NCBI RefSeq assembly: GCF_000020225.1
Contig: NC_010655.1
Coordinates: forward strand, 1,440,001-1,472,000
DNA: 32,000 nt
Origin: Akkermansia muciniphila ATCC BAA-835
GTDB lineage: Bacteria; Verrucomicrobiota; Verrucomicrobiia; Verrucomicrobiales; Akkermansiaceae
Direction of reading: 5' to 3'
The notes beneath the pieces are model-generated. The model was not told the origin of the DNA. It worked only from the letters and a program-made list of their open reading frames with translations, and did not search any database. A program made the position numbers and the translations under genes. Shown one piece after another: positions 8,260-17,239 of the stretch (its first letter is position 1; the number at the start of each line of letters is the position of its first letter).

Positions 8260-10359
8260 ATGGTGCATGATAAGGGATACGTTCTTGGGTTCATGGCTGG
8301 AGAATTGCTTTTAACGTCTTCTCTGGAGGAATGCGTTTTTATCCGCCCCAGAGAGTTGGCGGCCATGCAGGCGGCGGGAATGGCCTCCGTACGGGATTTG
8401 TTGTTCATGCTTCCGCGCAGGTATGAAGACCGCCGCATGTTTGACCGCTATGATTCCCTGTCTTCCGGTGTGCCCGTCTGCCTGAGAGGAAGGGTGGTGG
8501 ATGTGGGCTGGAAAGGCTGGGGCGGACGGGGCGGCAAGGGCCGCGGCCGGTATGTGGAAGCCGTGCTGGCGGATGAGCAGTCTTTGGGGCAGACCCGTTT
8601 TTCCTGCCTGTGGTTCAGCATGCCGGGCGTAGCCAGGATGTTGTGCGCCGGGCAGGAGATGATTGTATACGGGCGCATGAAACCGTATGGGAAAAAGCTC
8701 AGCATGGTGCATCCGGATTTTGAAATTATCCGGGAAGGAGATGAGCAGTCCATTCATTTGAACCGCATTGTTCCCGTGTATGGCGGCCGCATGGGGATTG
8801 CGGTCCGCAGGCTGCGAGAAATCGTATGGGAGACGCTGTCCAGGCTTTCCCCGGCTCCGGAACCGGAGGTGTATGAGTTTGTGCCGGACACTCCGTGCAA
8901 AACGGCATTGAGGGATCTTCATTTTCCTGAGACCGCAGAGGCCCGGGACCGGGCGCGGCGCCGTTTTGCGTTGGAGGAATGCCTTGCTCAGCAGTTGAAC
9001 GTGGCCTACAGAAGAAGGCGGGCGGATGAAGTGCCCGGCATGAGGACCGCAGGTTCCAGCCATTTGGTGAAGGATCTGGCGGATTCCCTGCCGTTTGAGC
9101 TGACGGAGGCTCAGAAGCGCTGCGTGAGGGAGATTTACCGGGATATGAAAGCCCCCCGTTCCATGAACCGCCTGCTTCAGGGGGATGTCGGGTCCGGAAA
9201 GACGCTGGTGGCTCTGTGCGCCATGCTGCTGGCTGTGGAACACGGTTATTCCGCCGTGATGATGGCGCCCACGCAGATTCTGGCGGAACAGCATTATTTG
9301 AAGTTCCGGCAGATGCTGGACAAGCTGGATGTGCCTGTTTCCCTGGTGACGGCGGACAGGAAGGAAGAATCCCATGTGTCGTTCGGGAAGCAGGGCGGGA
9401 TTGTGGTTGGCACGCATGCCCTGCTGTACGGGAAAAATGTGCCGGAGCGTGTGGGGCTGGTCGTGATTGACGAACAGCACAAATTCGGCGTGAATCAGCG
9501 GGAGAAGCTGATTGACCGGGAAGAGCGCCCCGACGTGCTGGTGATGACCGCTACCCCTATCCCCCGCACGCTGACGCTGACTTTTTACGGGGAGCTTGAC
9601 GTTTCCATCCTGGACGGCGTGCCCAGGGGGCGCGGGGCGGTCGTAACAGCCATCCGGACGGAGAAGGATAAGGGAAAAGTGCTGGCTTTCGTTCGGAACC
9701 AGCTGGAGGAAGGGAGGCAGATTTACGTGGTTTCCCCCCTGATTGACGGAGAGGATTCCCGGAAGGGGAAAGCCGTGACGAAGGAATGGGACGAGTGGAA
9801 GGCTCTGCTGCCTCATGTGGATGTGGGGCTGCTGCACGGCAGGATGTCTTCAGAGGAAAAAGAGGCGGTGATGAAGGATTTCCGCTCCAACCGCATCAGC
9901 GTGCTGGTGTCCACCACGGTGGTGGAGGTGGGGGTGGATGTTCCGAATGCCACGGTGATGATCATCAATAATGCGGAAAGTTTCGGGCTTTCCCAGCTTC
10001 ATCAGCTCCGGGGGCGCATCGGCCGCGGGTCGCACAAGTCCTACTGCATTTTGATGACGGACGCCCGTCCGGAGGATGAGCAATGGGAGAAGTTGCGCAT
10101 CGTGGAAACTACGGCGAATGGATTTGACCTGGCGGAACAGGATTTGAGGTTACGCGGCCCTGGAGACGTGCTGGGTACGTCCCAGAGCGGCCTGAAGGGC
10201 GTACGTTTTGAGGAATGGCTGCTGGATGCGCGCCTGATTCACCGCGGGCGGCAGCTGGCGGAGGCTATTCTGGCGGAAGATCCCAATCTGGAATCCGCCA
10301 AATACCGCCCTCTCCGTTTTTTGCTGGAAGACGGGGCGGGGAGGCGTGTGGCCGGGTAA
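8260..10359 (+). CDS. recG: ATP-dependent DNA helicase RecG
   Basis: The ORF is 699 aa. It has Walker A GDVGSGKT, the DEQHKFG box, motif VI QLHQLRGRIGRG, and N-terminal LPRRYEDR typical of RecG. The start could be the ATG at 8293. Confidence 0.93.
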   Translation: MVHDKGYVLGFMAGELLLTSSLEECVFIRPRELAAMQAAGMASVRDLLFMLPRRYEDRRMFDRYDSLSSGVPVCLRGRVVDVGWKGWGGRGGKGRGRYVEAVLADEQSLGQTRFSCLWFSMPGVARMLCAGQEMIVYGRMKPYGKKLSMVHPDFEIIREGDEQSIHLNRIVPVYGGRMGIAVRRLREIVWETLSRLSPAPEPEVYEFVPDTPCKTALRDLHFPETAEARDRARRRFALEECLAQQLNVAYRRRRADEVPGMRTAGSSHLVKDLADSLPFELTEAQKRCVREIYRDMKAPRSMNRLLQGDVGSGKTLVALCAMLLAVEHGYSAVMMAPTQILAEQHYLKFRQMLDKLDVPVSLVTADRKEESHVSFGKQGGIVVGTHALLYGKNVPERVGLVVIDEQHKFGVNQREKLIDREERPDVLVMTATPIPRTLTLTFYGELDVSILDGVPRGRGAVVTAIRTEKDKGKVLAFVRNQLEEGRQIYVVSPLIDGEDSRKGKAVTKEWDEWKALLPHVDVGLLHGRMSSEEKEAVMKDFRSNRISVLVSTTVVEVGVDVPNATVMIINNAESFGLSQLHQLRGRIGRGSHKSYCILMTDARPEDEQWEKLRIVETTANGFDLAEQDLRLRGPGDVLGTSQSGLKGVRFEEWLLDARLIHRGRQLAEAILAEDPNLESAKYRPLRFLLEDGAGRRVAG

Positions 10360-10496
10360 GATTGTTTTTCTACCGTTTGCTGACGGTCAGCTTGTAAGAG
10401 GCGCATGACAGATAAGAGGGCAACGATTTATCCGCCGGAATGAATCTAAAGAGGCAAAGAAGATGTTTCTTCTTCAACCCGAACACCGATAAAACA

Positions 10497-10940
10497 ATGA
10501 TTCAAACGTATCAAGTACTCCCTGTGGTGGCCATCGTATGCTCCGCTTCCGCCTTTGCCCAGAACGCTGCCGATCCCGTGCAGATGGTCAAGCAGAATAT
10601 CGACCTGATTTCTTCCGCCAACAAGGTTTTGGACGACGTGAAGGACAACGCTGCGGTTGAAATCGCCATTAAGCAGCTCAATGCGTTGACCCAGCAGGCC
10701 AAGCAGCTGGACAAGTCCATGGAAAAGATGAGGCTTACTTCCGAGCAGGCTATCCGCATCACCAAATTGAACGGAGACGCCCAGGACACCATCGTGGATA
10801 TGCTGGAAAATTGCGAGCGCATTCAAAAGGACAAGCTGATGACTCCGGCTTTGCTCAAGGCGGTGAATGATTTTGCCGACGCCGCCAACATCGACGTGGT
10901 GGAAACGATTACGACCGTGGAGCAAATTGTGGAAGATTGA
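10497..10940 (+). CDS. Small secreted helical protein, function unknown
   Basis: From the ATG at 10497 the protein reads MIQTYQVLPVVAIVCSASAFA/QNA, a signal peptide, followed by about 125 aa of charged, helix-prone sequence. The upstream extension to 10440 (MNLKRQRRCFFF) looks spurious. A strong terminator follows. Confidence 0.65.
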   Translation: MIQTYQVLPVVAIVCSASAFAQNAADPVQMVKQNIDLISSANKVLDDVKDNAAVEIAIKQLNALTQQAKQLDKSMEKMRLTSEQAIRITKLNGDAQDTIVDMLENCERIQKDKLMTPALLKAVNDFADAANIDVVETITTVEQIVED

Positions 10941-10972
10941 GTGACCAGCTTATCAAAAGACCTTTGACTGGT

Positions 10973-11007
10973 AAGGCCGCCTCCTGAAGAAGGCGGCCTT
11001 ATTTTTT
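10973..11007 (+). terminator. Rho-independent terminator (probably shared by the convergent actB-like gene)
   Basis: A 10-bp stem forms between aaggccgcct (10973-10982) and aggcggcctt (10991-11000), followed by T6 at 11002-11007. Confidence 0.8.
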
Positions 11008-11047
11008 AAGGAAGGGCCGTTTTTTATCAATTTCCGGGCAGGGCATT

Positions 11048-13939
11048 TTATTTCTCCATGGCCGGATTGGGGTTTCTTGCCGGAACCAGGTAGCCCGTTC
11101 CGGGAGACGTGCCCAGGCAGGAGAGGAGATCCTGGTGGCGCGGCAGGGACTTGGCGCGGAAAACGGCTGCGGCGGGGTCCAGCACATTGCCGAAGGTGAT
11201 GGCTCCCATCGGGCATGCGAGCTGGCAGGCCGTTTGAGCCGCCCCGTCCGGAAGCAGCATGTCCTGGGCCGTCACATGGATGGAGGTGGATGGCTGGCCC
11301 GGATGCTCCTTCATCAACCGGGATTTGTGCCGGATTTTGGCACGTTCCACCATTTGGACGCAGTAGGTGCATTTTTCCATGACGCCGCGGGAGCGAACGG
11401 TTACATTGGGATTGCGCTGAAGGCGCGTGGCCTGTTCCGATGCTTTGGCGTAATCAAAAAAATTGAAGCGCCGAGCCTTGTACGGGCAGTTGGTGGCGCA
11501 GTACCGGGTACCCCAGCACCGGGCGTACACCATGGCGTTCAGGCCTTCCGCAGTATGCACGGTGGCATTGACGGGGCATACGGATTCGCATGGGGCCTTG
11601 CCGCACTGCTGGCAGGCCACGGGGATGGAGGTGAGCGTCCCTTCCTCCGTGAAGTACCTGTCGATGCGTATCCAGTCCAGGGCGCGGCCCCTGGCCATCT
11701 GGTCACGCCCCACTACGGGAATGTTATTTTCCGCGCGGCAAGCAATCATGCAGGCGTTACAGCCGATGCAACGGGACGTGTCAATGGCCATTTTCCACTG
11801 GTAAACGGCATCCGCGCCGGGAGGGGGAGGCGGGACGCGGGACGGACCGGGATGCAGGGAGAACGGGGCAGGCTGCACAACGGGGCTTTGAATGGCTTCC
11901 GTCCGCTCCCGGAGGGCAGCCAAGGCAATCTGTTCCGGGGCAATGCCGTATGCTTCCGTTTTTTCCACCTGTCTGCGGAGTTCATATCCGCCGGAATTTT
12001 CCTGCCTTTCCGCTACGTGGTTGATCCCGCCATAACCCAGAGGAAGAATAATGAGATTATCCGCCACTCCCGGAATGGGGCACAGGATGACTTCCATTTG
12101 CGTGGCGGGGGCGGTAAGCGTGCAGTGCATGGGCCCGGAATCCGAACCTCCCAGCCGCAGAAAGGTGGCGGGGGAAACCTGTGCGGACGCCGCCCAGCTG
12201 ACGCCTGTTATTGGGTCCGGGCATTCCTGCATCCATGCATTGCGTTTCCAGCGTCCGTCCCCAATGGAATAGTCCGCGCGGAATTGCAATTCCAGCATCC
12301 CGGTTCCCAATTTTTTCCCGTGGCCGCCAAAAGGCGCTGCGGGCGTTTGCATCATGGCTGTTCCAAGAGCCGTTTCTTCCTGCGGGGACAGGGGAGCATA
12401 GGCCGTTTCTTCCGAATAGCCGCGCTGAAGCGCCTGAGCCCAGGCCGCAGTTTTATTTTCCGGATTCACGGCGCGTTCAAAGCATTTGCGCGCTCTGTGG
12501 TAAACGGGAGAGAGGTGGGTGGGGGAATTGTCCGCCGTGGAGAGATGGCCTTTGGAGGAAAGCAGGCCGGACAGCACTTCTTCCGGAGAAATGCCCCCGT
12601 ACAGGGGAAGAATGACGGGCTGGCGATAGCAAAATCTGCCCCGGTAATCCCGCTCCACCCCCCATGATTCCAGAAAGTGGGCTGCCGGCAGGTGCCAGCG
12701 GCAGACGCGGGAGGTTTCATCTTCATACATTCCAAGGTGGATGCTTTCCACCCTGTTCAGGGCTTCCGACAGTCCGGAACTGTGCCCGGAATCCAGCACG
12801 GGATTTCCCGCATCCAGTAAAAAAACGATTTCCACCTTTTTCCCCCGGATGTCCCGAACAAGATCGTCCAGCGTGCCATAGGGAGTTGGGCGCGGTGCCT
12901 TTAGCAACTGGATGCATGTCCCCATGGAGCCGAGAAGACAGTTGAGCTTCCAGACGATGCCGGATAATTCCGGATGATTGTCCCCCAGGAGGATCACGCT
13001 TTCTCCGGAGTGGCTGAATAAGTCATCCGCACAGTGGCGAAGCCAGTTGAGTTCCCTTTCCGTCAGGGGATGGTCCGTTCGCCGGGGAGGGGGAAGCGTT
13101 TGTCCGGAGTTTTTTTTGCTGGAAAGATAGCGGAACAATTCCTCCAGGAAAAACGCCAGGCGTGCGGGAGGAACGGGTAGCCTGTGGTCGGCATGGGCCC
13201 CGGTCAGGGAAACGCGTCCCTCCACGGCGTAAAGGCGTGTTCGGTTCCTGTTTTCTTCTTTGTAATAAAGCCCTTCCGGGGAGCGGGACGCAATGAAGTC
13301 GCGCGTGTTTCCATAGGGGTTTTGATGAAGAAAATCGCAATCCAGGGAGAGGATGCGCCTGGCGCGCGCAAAACGCACGCGGAACCGTACTTCTTCCGGC
13401 AGCCCCGCCTGCATGCCGGAACCCGGTTCAGGCACGGGGGAATACCGGTAGATGCGCACGAGTGAATTTTTCCGGGTGATTTCCTCCAGCATGGAATGGA
13501 GCAGAGGGGAAGCCGAAGGGGGAAGGAGAAGGCCGATGCCGCCACCATCCCGAAGATTGCGGGACCAGGAAGAAAAGGCTCCCCGGAATTCGTCTTCGGA
13601 GGCCGGATTGCCGTTGAACAGGATATGCTTGCTGCGGCCGGGGTCGTAAAGGTCCAGAATGGAGGCCTGAGCCGCAGCCGGCAACCCCGGACCTTCCGGG
13701 TATTGCAGGGAGGGAATCAATTTGACGGGGCGTCCTTCATAACAGGCGGCCAGTACAGGTTGCGCGTTTCCTCCCATGGTCAGGCAGGTAGCGTAAGCCG
13801 TTTCCACGCCGGGAACAGACCATTCAGGCCCTTCGTTATAGGGAACCAGGTATTTTTCCACACGGCGGCAGGCCGGCAGCCCTATCCCTGCCAGGGCTGC
13901 CCCTGCACCCATCCATTTCATGAAGGAACGCCGCGTCAT
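11048..13939 (-). CDS. actB: TAT-exported molybdopterin-oxidoreductase-like / 4Fe-4S fusion protein, ActB-like (alternative complex III subunit B type)
   Basis: The twin-arginine signal is MTRRSFMKWMGAGAALAG, from the ATG at 13939; the track ORF begins at a TTG at 14017. An N-terminal domain of about 700 aa is molybdopterin-enzyme-like. The C-terminal ferredoxin module has CIGCNACMIAC, CQQCGKAPCESVCP, CWGTRYCATNCPYKARRFN (a 3-Cys motif, as in ActB) and CTYC...CQLACP. The size of about 960 aa matches ActB. Confidence 0.8.
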   Translation of the reverse strand: MTRRSFMKWMGAGAALAGIGLPACRRVEKYLVPYNEGPEWSVPGVETAYATCLTMGGNAQPVLAACYEGRPVKLIPSLQYPEGPGLPAAAQASILDLYDPGRSKHILFNGNPASEDEFRGAFSSWSRNLRDGGGIGLLLPPSASPLLHSMLEEITRKNSLVRIYRYSPVPEPGSGMQAGLPEEVRFRVRFARARRILSLDCDFLHQNPYGNTRDFIASRSPEGLYYKEENRNRTRLYAVEGRVSLTGAHADHRLPVPPARLAFFLEELFRYLSSKKNSGQTLPPPRRTDHPLTERELNWLRHCADDLFSHSGESVILLGDNHPELSGIVWKLNCLLGSMGTCIQLLKAPRPTPYGTLDDLVRDIRGKKVEIVFLLDAGNPVLDSGHSSGLSEALNRVESIHLGMYEDETSRVCRWHLPAAHFLESWGVERDYRGRFCYRQPVILPLYGGISPEEVLSGLLSSKGHLSTADNSPTHLSPVYHRARKCFERAVNPENKTAAWAQALQRGYSEETAYAPLSPQEETALGTAMMQTPAAPFGGHGKKLGTGMLELQFRADYSIGDGRWKRNAWMQECPDPITGVSWAASAQVSPATFLRLGGSDSGPMHCTLTAPATQMEVILCPIPGVADNLIILPLGYGGINHVAERQENSGGYELRRQVEKTEAYGIAPEQIALAALRERTEAIQSPVVQPAPFSLHPGPSRVPPPPPGADAVYQWKMAIDTSRCIGCNACMIACRAENNIPVVGRDQMARGRALDWIRIDRYFTEEGTLTSIPVACQQCGKAPCESVCPVNATVHTAEGLNAMVYARCWGTRYCATNCPYKARRFNFFDYAKASEQATRLQRNPNVTVRSRGVMEKCTYCVQMVERAKIRHKSRLMKEHPGQPSTSIHVTAQDMLLPDGAAQTACQLACPMGAITFGNVLDPAAAVFRAKSLPRHQDLLSCLGTSPGTGYLVPARNPNPAMEK

Positions 13940-14295
13940 CCCCCGTTCTTCTTCCGGAAGAAAAGCGGGGTGGTTCTGGGGAACTTCATTCTGGGAAAAT
14001 GGAGGGAGGGGAGTCAAACCGGGTAATGATGGGGATTGATGAAACAGGGATGGCTTTTTTTAGGAAATCCGAAGGATGAAATCAAGTGGTGATTGACGGC
14101 GGTCTTTATCTCCGGGCCAATAACGGATAAACAGGGAACAGGAGGAAATCTTTCTTGTGGAATTCAATGTCATTGATTACGGATTCAAGGAAGGAATCAT
14201 TTAATGAAAAGTCCTTTGGTCTTTTTATTACGCAGTATCCGGGAACGCAGGGAGGAATAACTTTGGCGCCGCGGATGTCAAACAGGCCATGGAGG

Positions 14296-15000
14296 TCAGT
14301 GATGGCATGCGGTGCAATCCGTCTTCGGTTGAATTTTCCATTGGCGTTTCAGAAAATTTCCCAGTTGAAGCGGGGTTTGGATGCTTTTCCCTTCTCCATC
14401 CCGGATGGAATGCGTGCGGAGGTAGTCTGCGGCGGAATAACGGGAACTGGCCGTTTCCTCCAGCGGGCGCAGATGGGGAGCCGGATTGCGGTGGCAGTCC
14501 AGACACCATTGCATGCGGGCATCGCGTGGAGCCCTGATGCGTTCCATGCCCGCCACGTCTCCATGGCAGGACGTGCAGCCGATGCCCCGGTTCAGGTGGG
14601 CCATGTGGTTAAAATAGGCGTGACCGGACAGGCGGTTGACCATCACCCAGCGGACCGGTTCTCCTGTGTAACCGGGGTATTGCGGGTCCGCCGCCTCCCT
14701 CAGGGGGGCGATGAGCGGGCTGTCCGGAAGAATATGCTGGTGGCAGCCCAGACAGGACTTCGTATCCGGAATGCCGGCTCTGGATGAGCGCTGTGCGGCG
14801 CTGTGGCAAGCCGTGCAGCTCATCTTCAGATCTCCGGCGTGAAGTTTGTGGGAAAAGCGGACGGGCTGCACGGGTTCATACTCCGGAATGCTGAAATTAA
14901 CATAATATATTCCCCCCAGTACGAACGCGGCAGCGAGCGCAACCAGGGCGGCAATCCCGTAAAAGCGCTTGTTGGTATTGGGTGGAAAGATGTTGGCCAT
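14296..15000 (-). CDS. actA: Membrane-anchored pentaheme cytochrome c, ActA-like
   Basis: The ORF is 234 aa. An N-terminal TM helix (FYGIAALVALAAAFVLGGIYYV) is followed by five CxxCH motifs: CTACH, CLGCH, CTSCH, CLDCH, CTACH. The size and heme count match ACIII ActA. Confidence 0.8.
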   Translation of the reverse strand: MANIFPPNTNKRFYGIAALVALAAAFVLGGIYYVNFSIPEYEPVQPVRFSHKLHAGDLKMSCTACHSAAQRSSRAGIPDTKSCLGCHQHILPDSPLIAPLREAADPQYPGYTGEPVRWVMVNRLSGHAYFNHMAHLNRGIGCTSCHGDVAGMERIRAPRDARMQWCLDCHRNPAPHLRPLEETASSRYSAADYLRTHSIRDGEGKSIQTPLQLGNFLKRQWKIQPKTDCTACHH

Positions 15001-15031
15001 GAACCGTAGAGAGAAAGGGATGGAGCCTCCG

Positions 15032-16309
15032 TCAGGCCGTTCTGCCCGGGCGCGGGATGCGGGCGGGCGGCAGGGGCGTATCCATCGTCAGGTCTTCAGG
15101 CACCAGCCGTGCGGTGCTTTTCTTAATCTGTTCCCAGGTAATGCGCTGGCCTGTGTGGGCCGCTTCACGCCCCATGATGGCAGCCAGGGTCTTATTGGCT
15201 GCGCTTTCCAGTGTCTGGGTCCAGGTGCCGGAGCGCAGGAAACGGTAAAAGGCCACATGCGTGTCTGCGTACATATTGCCGCGTTCCCCGCGGAAACGCC
15301 AGCGGTTATTCGCCTGAATGTAGGGACGGTAGGGAGTAACCAGCATTCCTTTTTCGCAGATGGTGCGGTCCACGATTTCCCCGTGGCAGCCAACCCACTG
15401 TCTGCATGAAATGTGGGCCGTTACGTTGTGGCCGTACTCAAAATAAACGTCGTAATGATCCCATACGTCGCCGTCATCCCGGCGCTGGGCGCGTCCTCCG
15501 GAGCCGAAAGCCGCCAGAGGAAGCTGCTCGTTCATGGACCAGACCATGCCGTCAATCGTATGGACGATTTGTTCCACAAACTGGCCTCCGCTCAGCCAGT
15601 TCCATGCGGTCCAGTTGCGTAGCGCCCATGCCACGTCCGTATCGGAGGAAGGTCGGGAATCCAGGGCCAGCGGAGACTTGGGAGGAGTGGTGTAATATAA
15701 CCCGTCAAAGGAGAGGACACGGCCCAGCTGCCCGGAGGAAAGCTTGCGGTGGGCTTCCTCATTCGCCTTGTCGTAGCGCCAGCAGAAGCCGTCCAGAATC
15801 ACCAGATTTTTGAGTTTTGCCAGCCGTGCGGATTCCAGTACGGAAAGCACGCCGGGAACGTCCACTGCCACAGGTTTTTCCGCATAAATATGTTTGCTGG
15901 CGTCAACGGCCGCCGCTAAATGTTCCGGACGGAAAGCGGGGGGAGTGCAGAGCAGAACTACGTCAATATCCGTTTGCAGCAGTCTCTTGTAACTGTCCAG
16001 GCCGCTGAACAGGCGGCTCCTGTCCAGCTGGGCTCGGTTGCCGTACTGTTCCGCCAGCAATTTGGCACCGAAATCGATACGTTCCTGAAACACGTCTGCC
16101 AATGCCCAGGCAATTGTTCCGGGATCGGCGTCCAGAGCGTTTTTCATGGCGCCCAGGCCTCGGCCTCCGCAGCCTACCAGGCCCACCTTGAGCGGTTTTG
16201 CGTTCGTCAGGGCCTCTTCTGCGTTCAGGCAGGGCATGAAGGCCAGGAATCCGGCTGTTCCTGCGGCGGTTTTCAAAAAACGGCGTCTGTTCCAAATAGG
16301 GTAACCCAT
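15032..16309 (-). CDS. TAT-exported Gfo/Idh/MocA-family NAD(P)-dependent oxidoreductase
   Basis: The twin-arginine signal is NRRRFLKTAAGTAGFLA. The Rossmann motif is KVGLVGCGGRG, and EKP is the family motif (YAEKPVA). The gene ends only 31 nt upstream of actA on the same strand. Confidence 0.85.
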   Translation of the reverse strand: MGYPIWNRRRFLKTAAGTAGFLAFMPCLNAEEALTNAKPLKVGLVGCGGRGLGAMKNALDADPGTIAWALADVFQERIDFGAKLLAEQYGNRAQLDRSRLFSGLDSYKRLLQTDIDVVLLCTPPAFRPEHLAAAVDASKHIYAEKPVAVDVPGVLSVLESARLAKLKNLVILDGFCWRYDKANEEAHRKLSSGQLGRVLSFDGLYYTTPPKSPLALDSRPSSDTDVAWALRNWTAWNWLSGGQFVEQIVHTIDGMVWSMNEQLPLAAFGSGGRAQRRDDGDVWDHYDVYFEYGHNVTAHISCRQWVGCHGEIVDRTICEKGMLVTPYRPYIQANNRWRFRGERGNMYADTHVAFYRFLRSGTWTQTLESAANKTLAAIMGREAAHTGQRITWEQIKKSTARLVPEDLTMDTPLPPARIPRPGRTA

Positions 16310-16606
16310 CTCAGGGGAATTATACGGTGACGTCCTGTGAAATCAAACGTCGTATTGAAATGGTGACACAAAAAATAGGCGCAACCGTCATTCTCGGAAA
16401 TGGTGCCTTGCGGAGGGAGTCAATGAACTCCCTATATTTTGCCTATTAAATGGGAAGGGCTGTTTCCTGCGTTCAGAACGAGAGGCAGAGGTTAAAGAGA
16501 TATGTTGCCTGAAAAACAGTTTTTAAGGATAAAAACTGATTTGACTCCGGAATCTTCAGTGTTCATGATGAATTCAATGAGGCCTCCGGCTTTTCAACCA
16601 ATCATC

Positions 16607-17023
16607 ATGATGAAGCGAAATCTCATTCCTTCTACGGCTTTTTTGGCGGCGTTAGTGTTTGTTGCCTGTGACGGCGGCAAGAAGCAGGATCATCCCCGGG
16701 ATGTTTCGGTTCCCAGCGAACAGGCCGTTCCTAAAACTCCGGGAGAAAAAATTCTGGCCGTTCTGCTGCTTATTCAGGATCAGGCTACGGCAAACGCCCA
16801 CGCGGCGGAGGTGAAAGAGCTGGCTGCCTCCCTGCCCGGGGATATTCCCAATGAAGAAGCCGTAAATATTGCAAATGAATTGATGCGTCTGGCCAGCCGG
16901 GAATGTTATGGTTCTTCGTCTCTGGAAGATGCTTTGAAAGGAATTCATTTCGATACCGGGGAATACACGGGCAGTGTGCCTCTGGATGTGGATGGATTTG
17001 AACCTACCGCGGAAGAGCCGTAA
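16607..17023 (+). CDS. Small lipoprotein, function unknown
   Basis: From the ATG at 16607 or 16610 the protein reads MMKRNLIPSTAFLAALVFVAC/DGG, a lipoprotein signal peptide with a Cys lipobox. The track ORF starts at 16502 with a non-signal extension. Confidence 0.6.
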   Translation: MMKRNLIPSTAFLAALVFVACDGGKKQDHPRDVSVPSEQAVPKTPGEKILAVLLLIQDQATANAHAAEVKELAASLPGDIPNEEAVNIANELMRLASRECYGSSSLEDALKGIHFDTGEYTGSVPLDVDGFEPTAEEP

Positions 17024-17239
17024 AAATAAATTCCCCGTGCCGGGAATTGGGTAATTACTCCAATGTTCCTCTCCATTCCGTTTTGCCGGAATGAAGGGTG
17101 GTTTGATATGGTATCAGGTCCCCCGGTAAATCCTTTCCTCTTCCTGATGGGAAAATGCGCGAAGAGAAGGGGAAAATATCTGTACAGCCCGACTCCCGGA
17201 GTTTTCTTGCTGGAGAACAAAGGGCCACGGGTGGTAAAC

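Noticed and set aside
14060-14180. A short ORF of about 37 aa (MTLNSTRKISSCSLFIRYWPGDKDRRQSPLDFILRIS) lies on the minus strand inside the actA-actB gap.
   Set aside because: It has no signal peptide, TM segment or motif, an unremarkable codon pattern, and is too short to support without conservation data.
16423-16450. A hairpin agggagt-caatga-actccct followed by atatttt sits upstream of the lipoprotein gene on the + strand and could be an attenuator or sRNA terminator.
   Set aside because: The stem is only 7 bp, no upstream + strand transcript is evident, and I cannot assess conservation. The evidence is too weak to call.
17024-17239. A 216-bp convergent gap separates the lipoprotein gene from aroB. 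It contains ORFs 17055..17243(-) and 17063..17374(+) and small hairpins (aattccc/gggaatt at 17029-17048, cattccg/cggaatg at 17074-17093).
   Set aside because: The ORFs overlap the end of aroB or have implausible composition. The hairpins are short (7 bp) and lack convincing U-tracts, so I do not call terminators or genes here.
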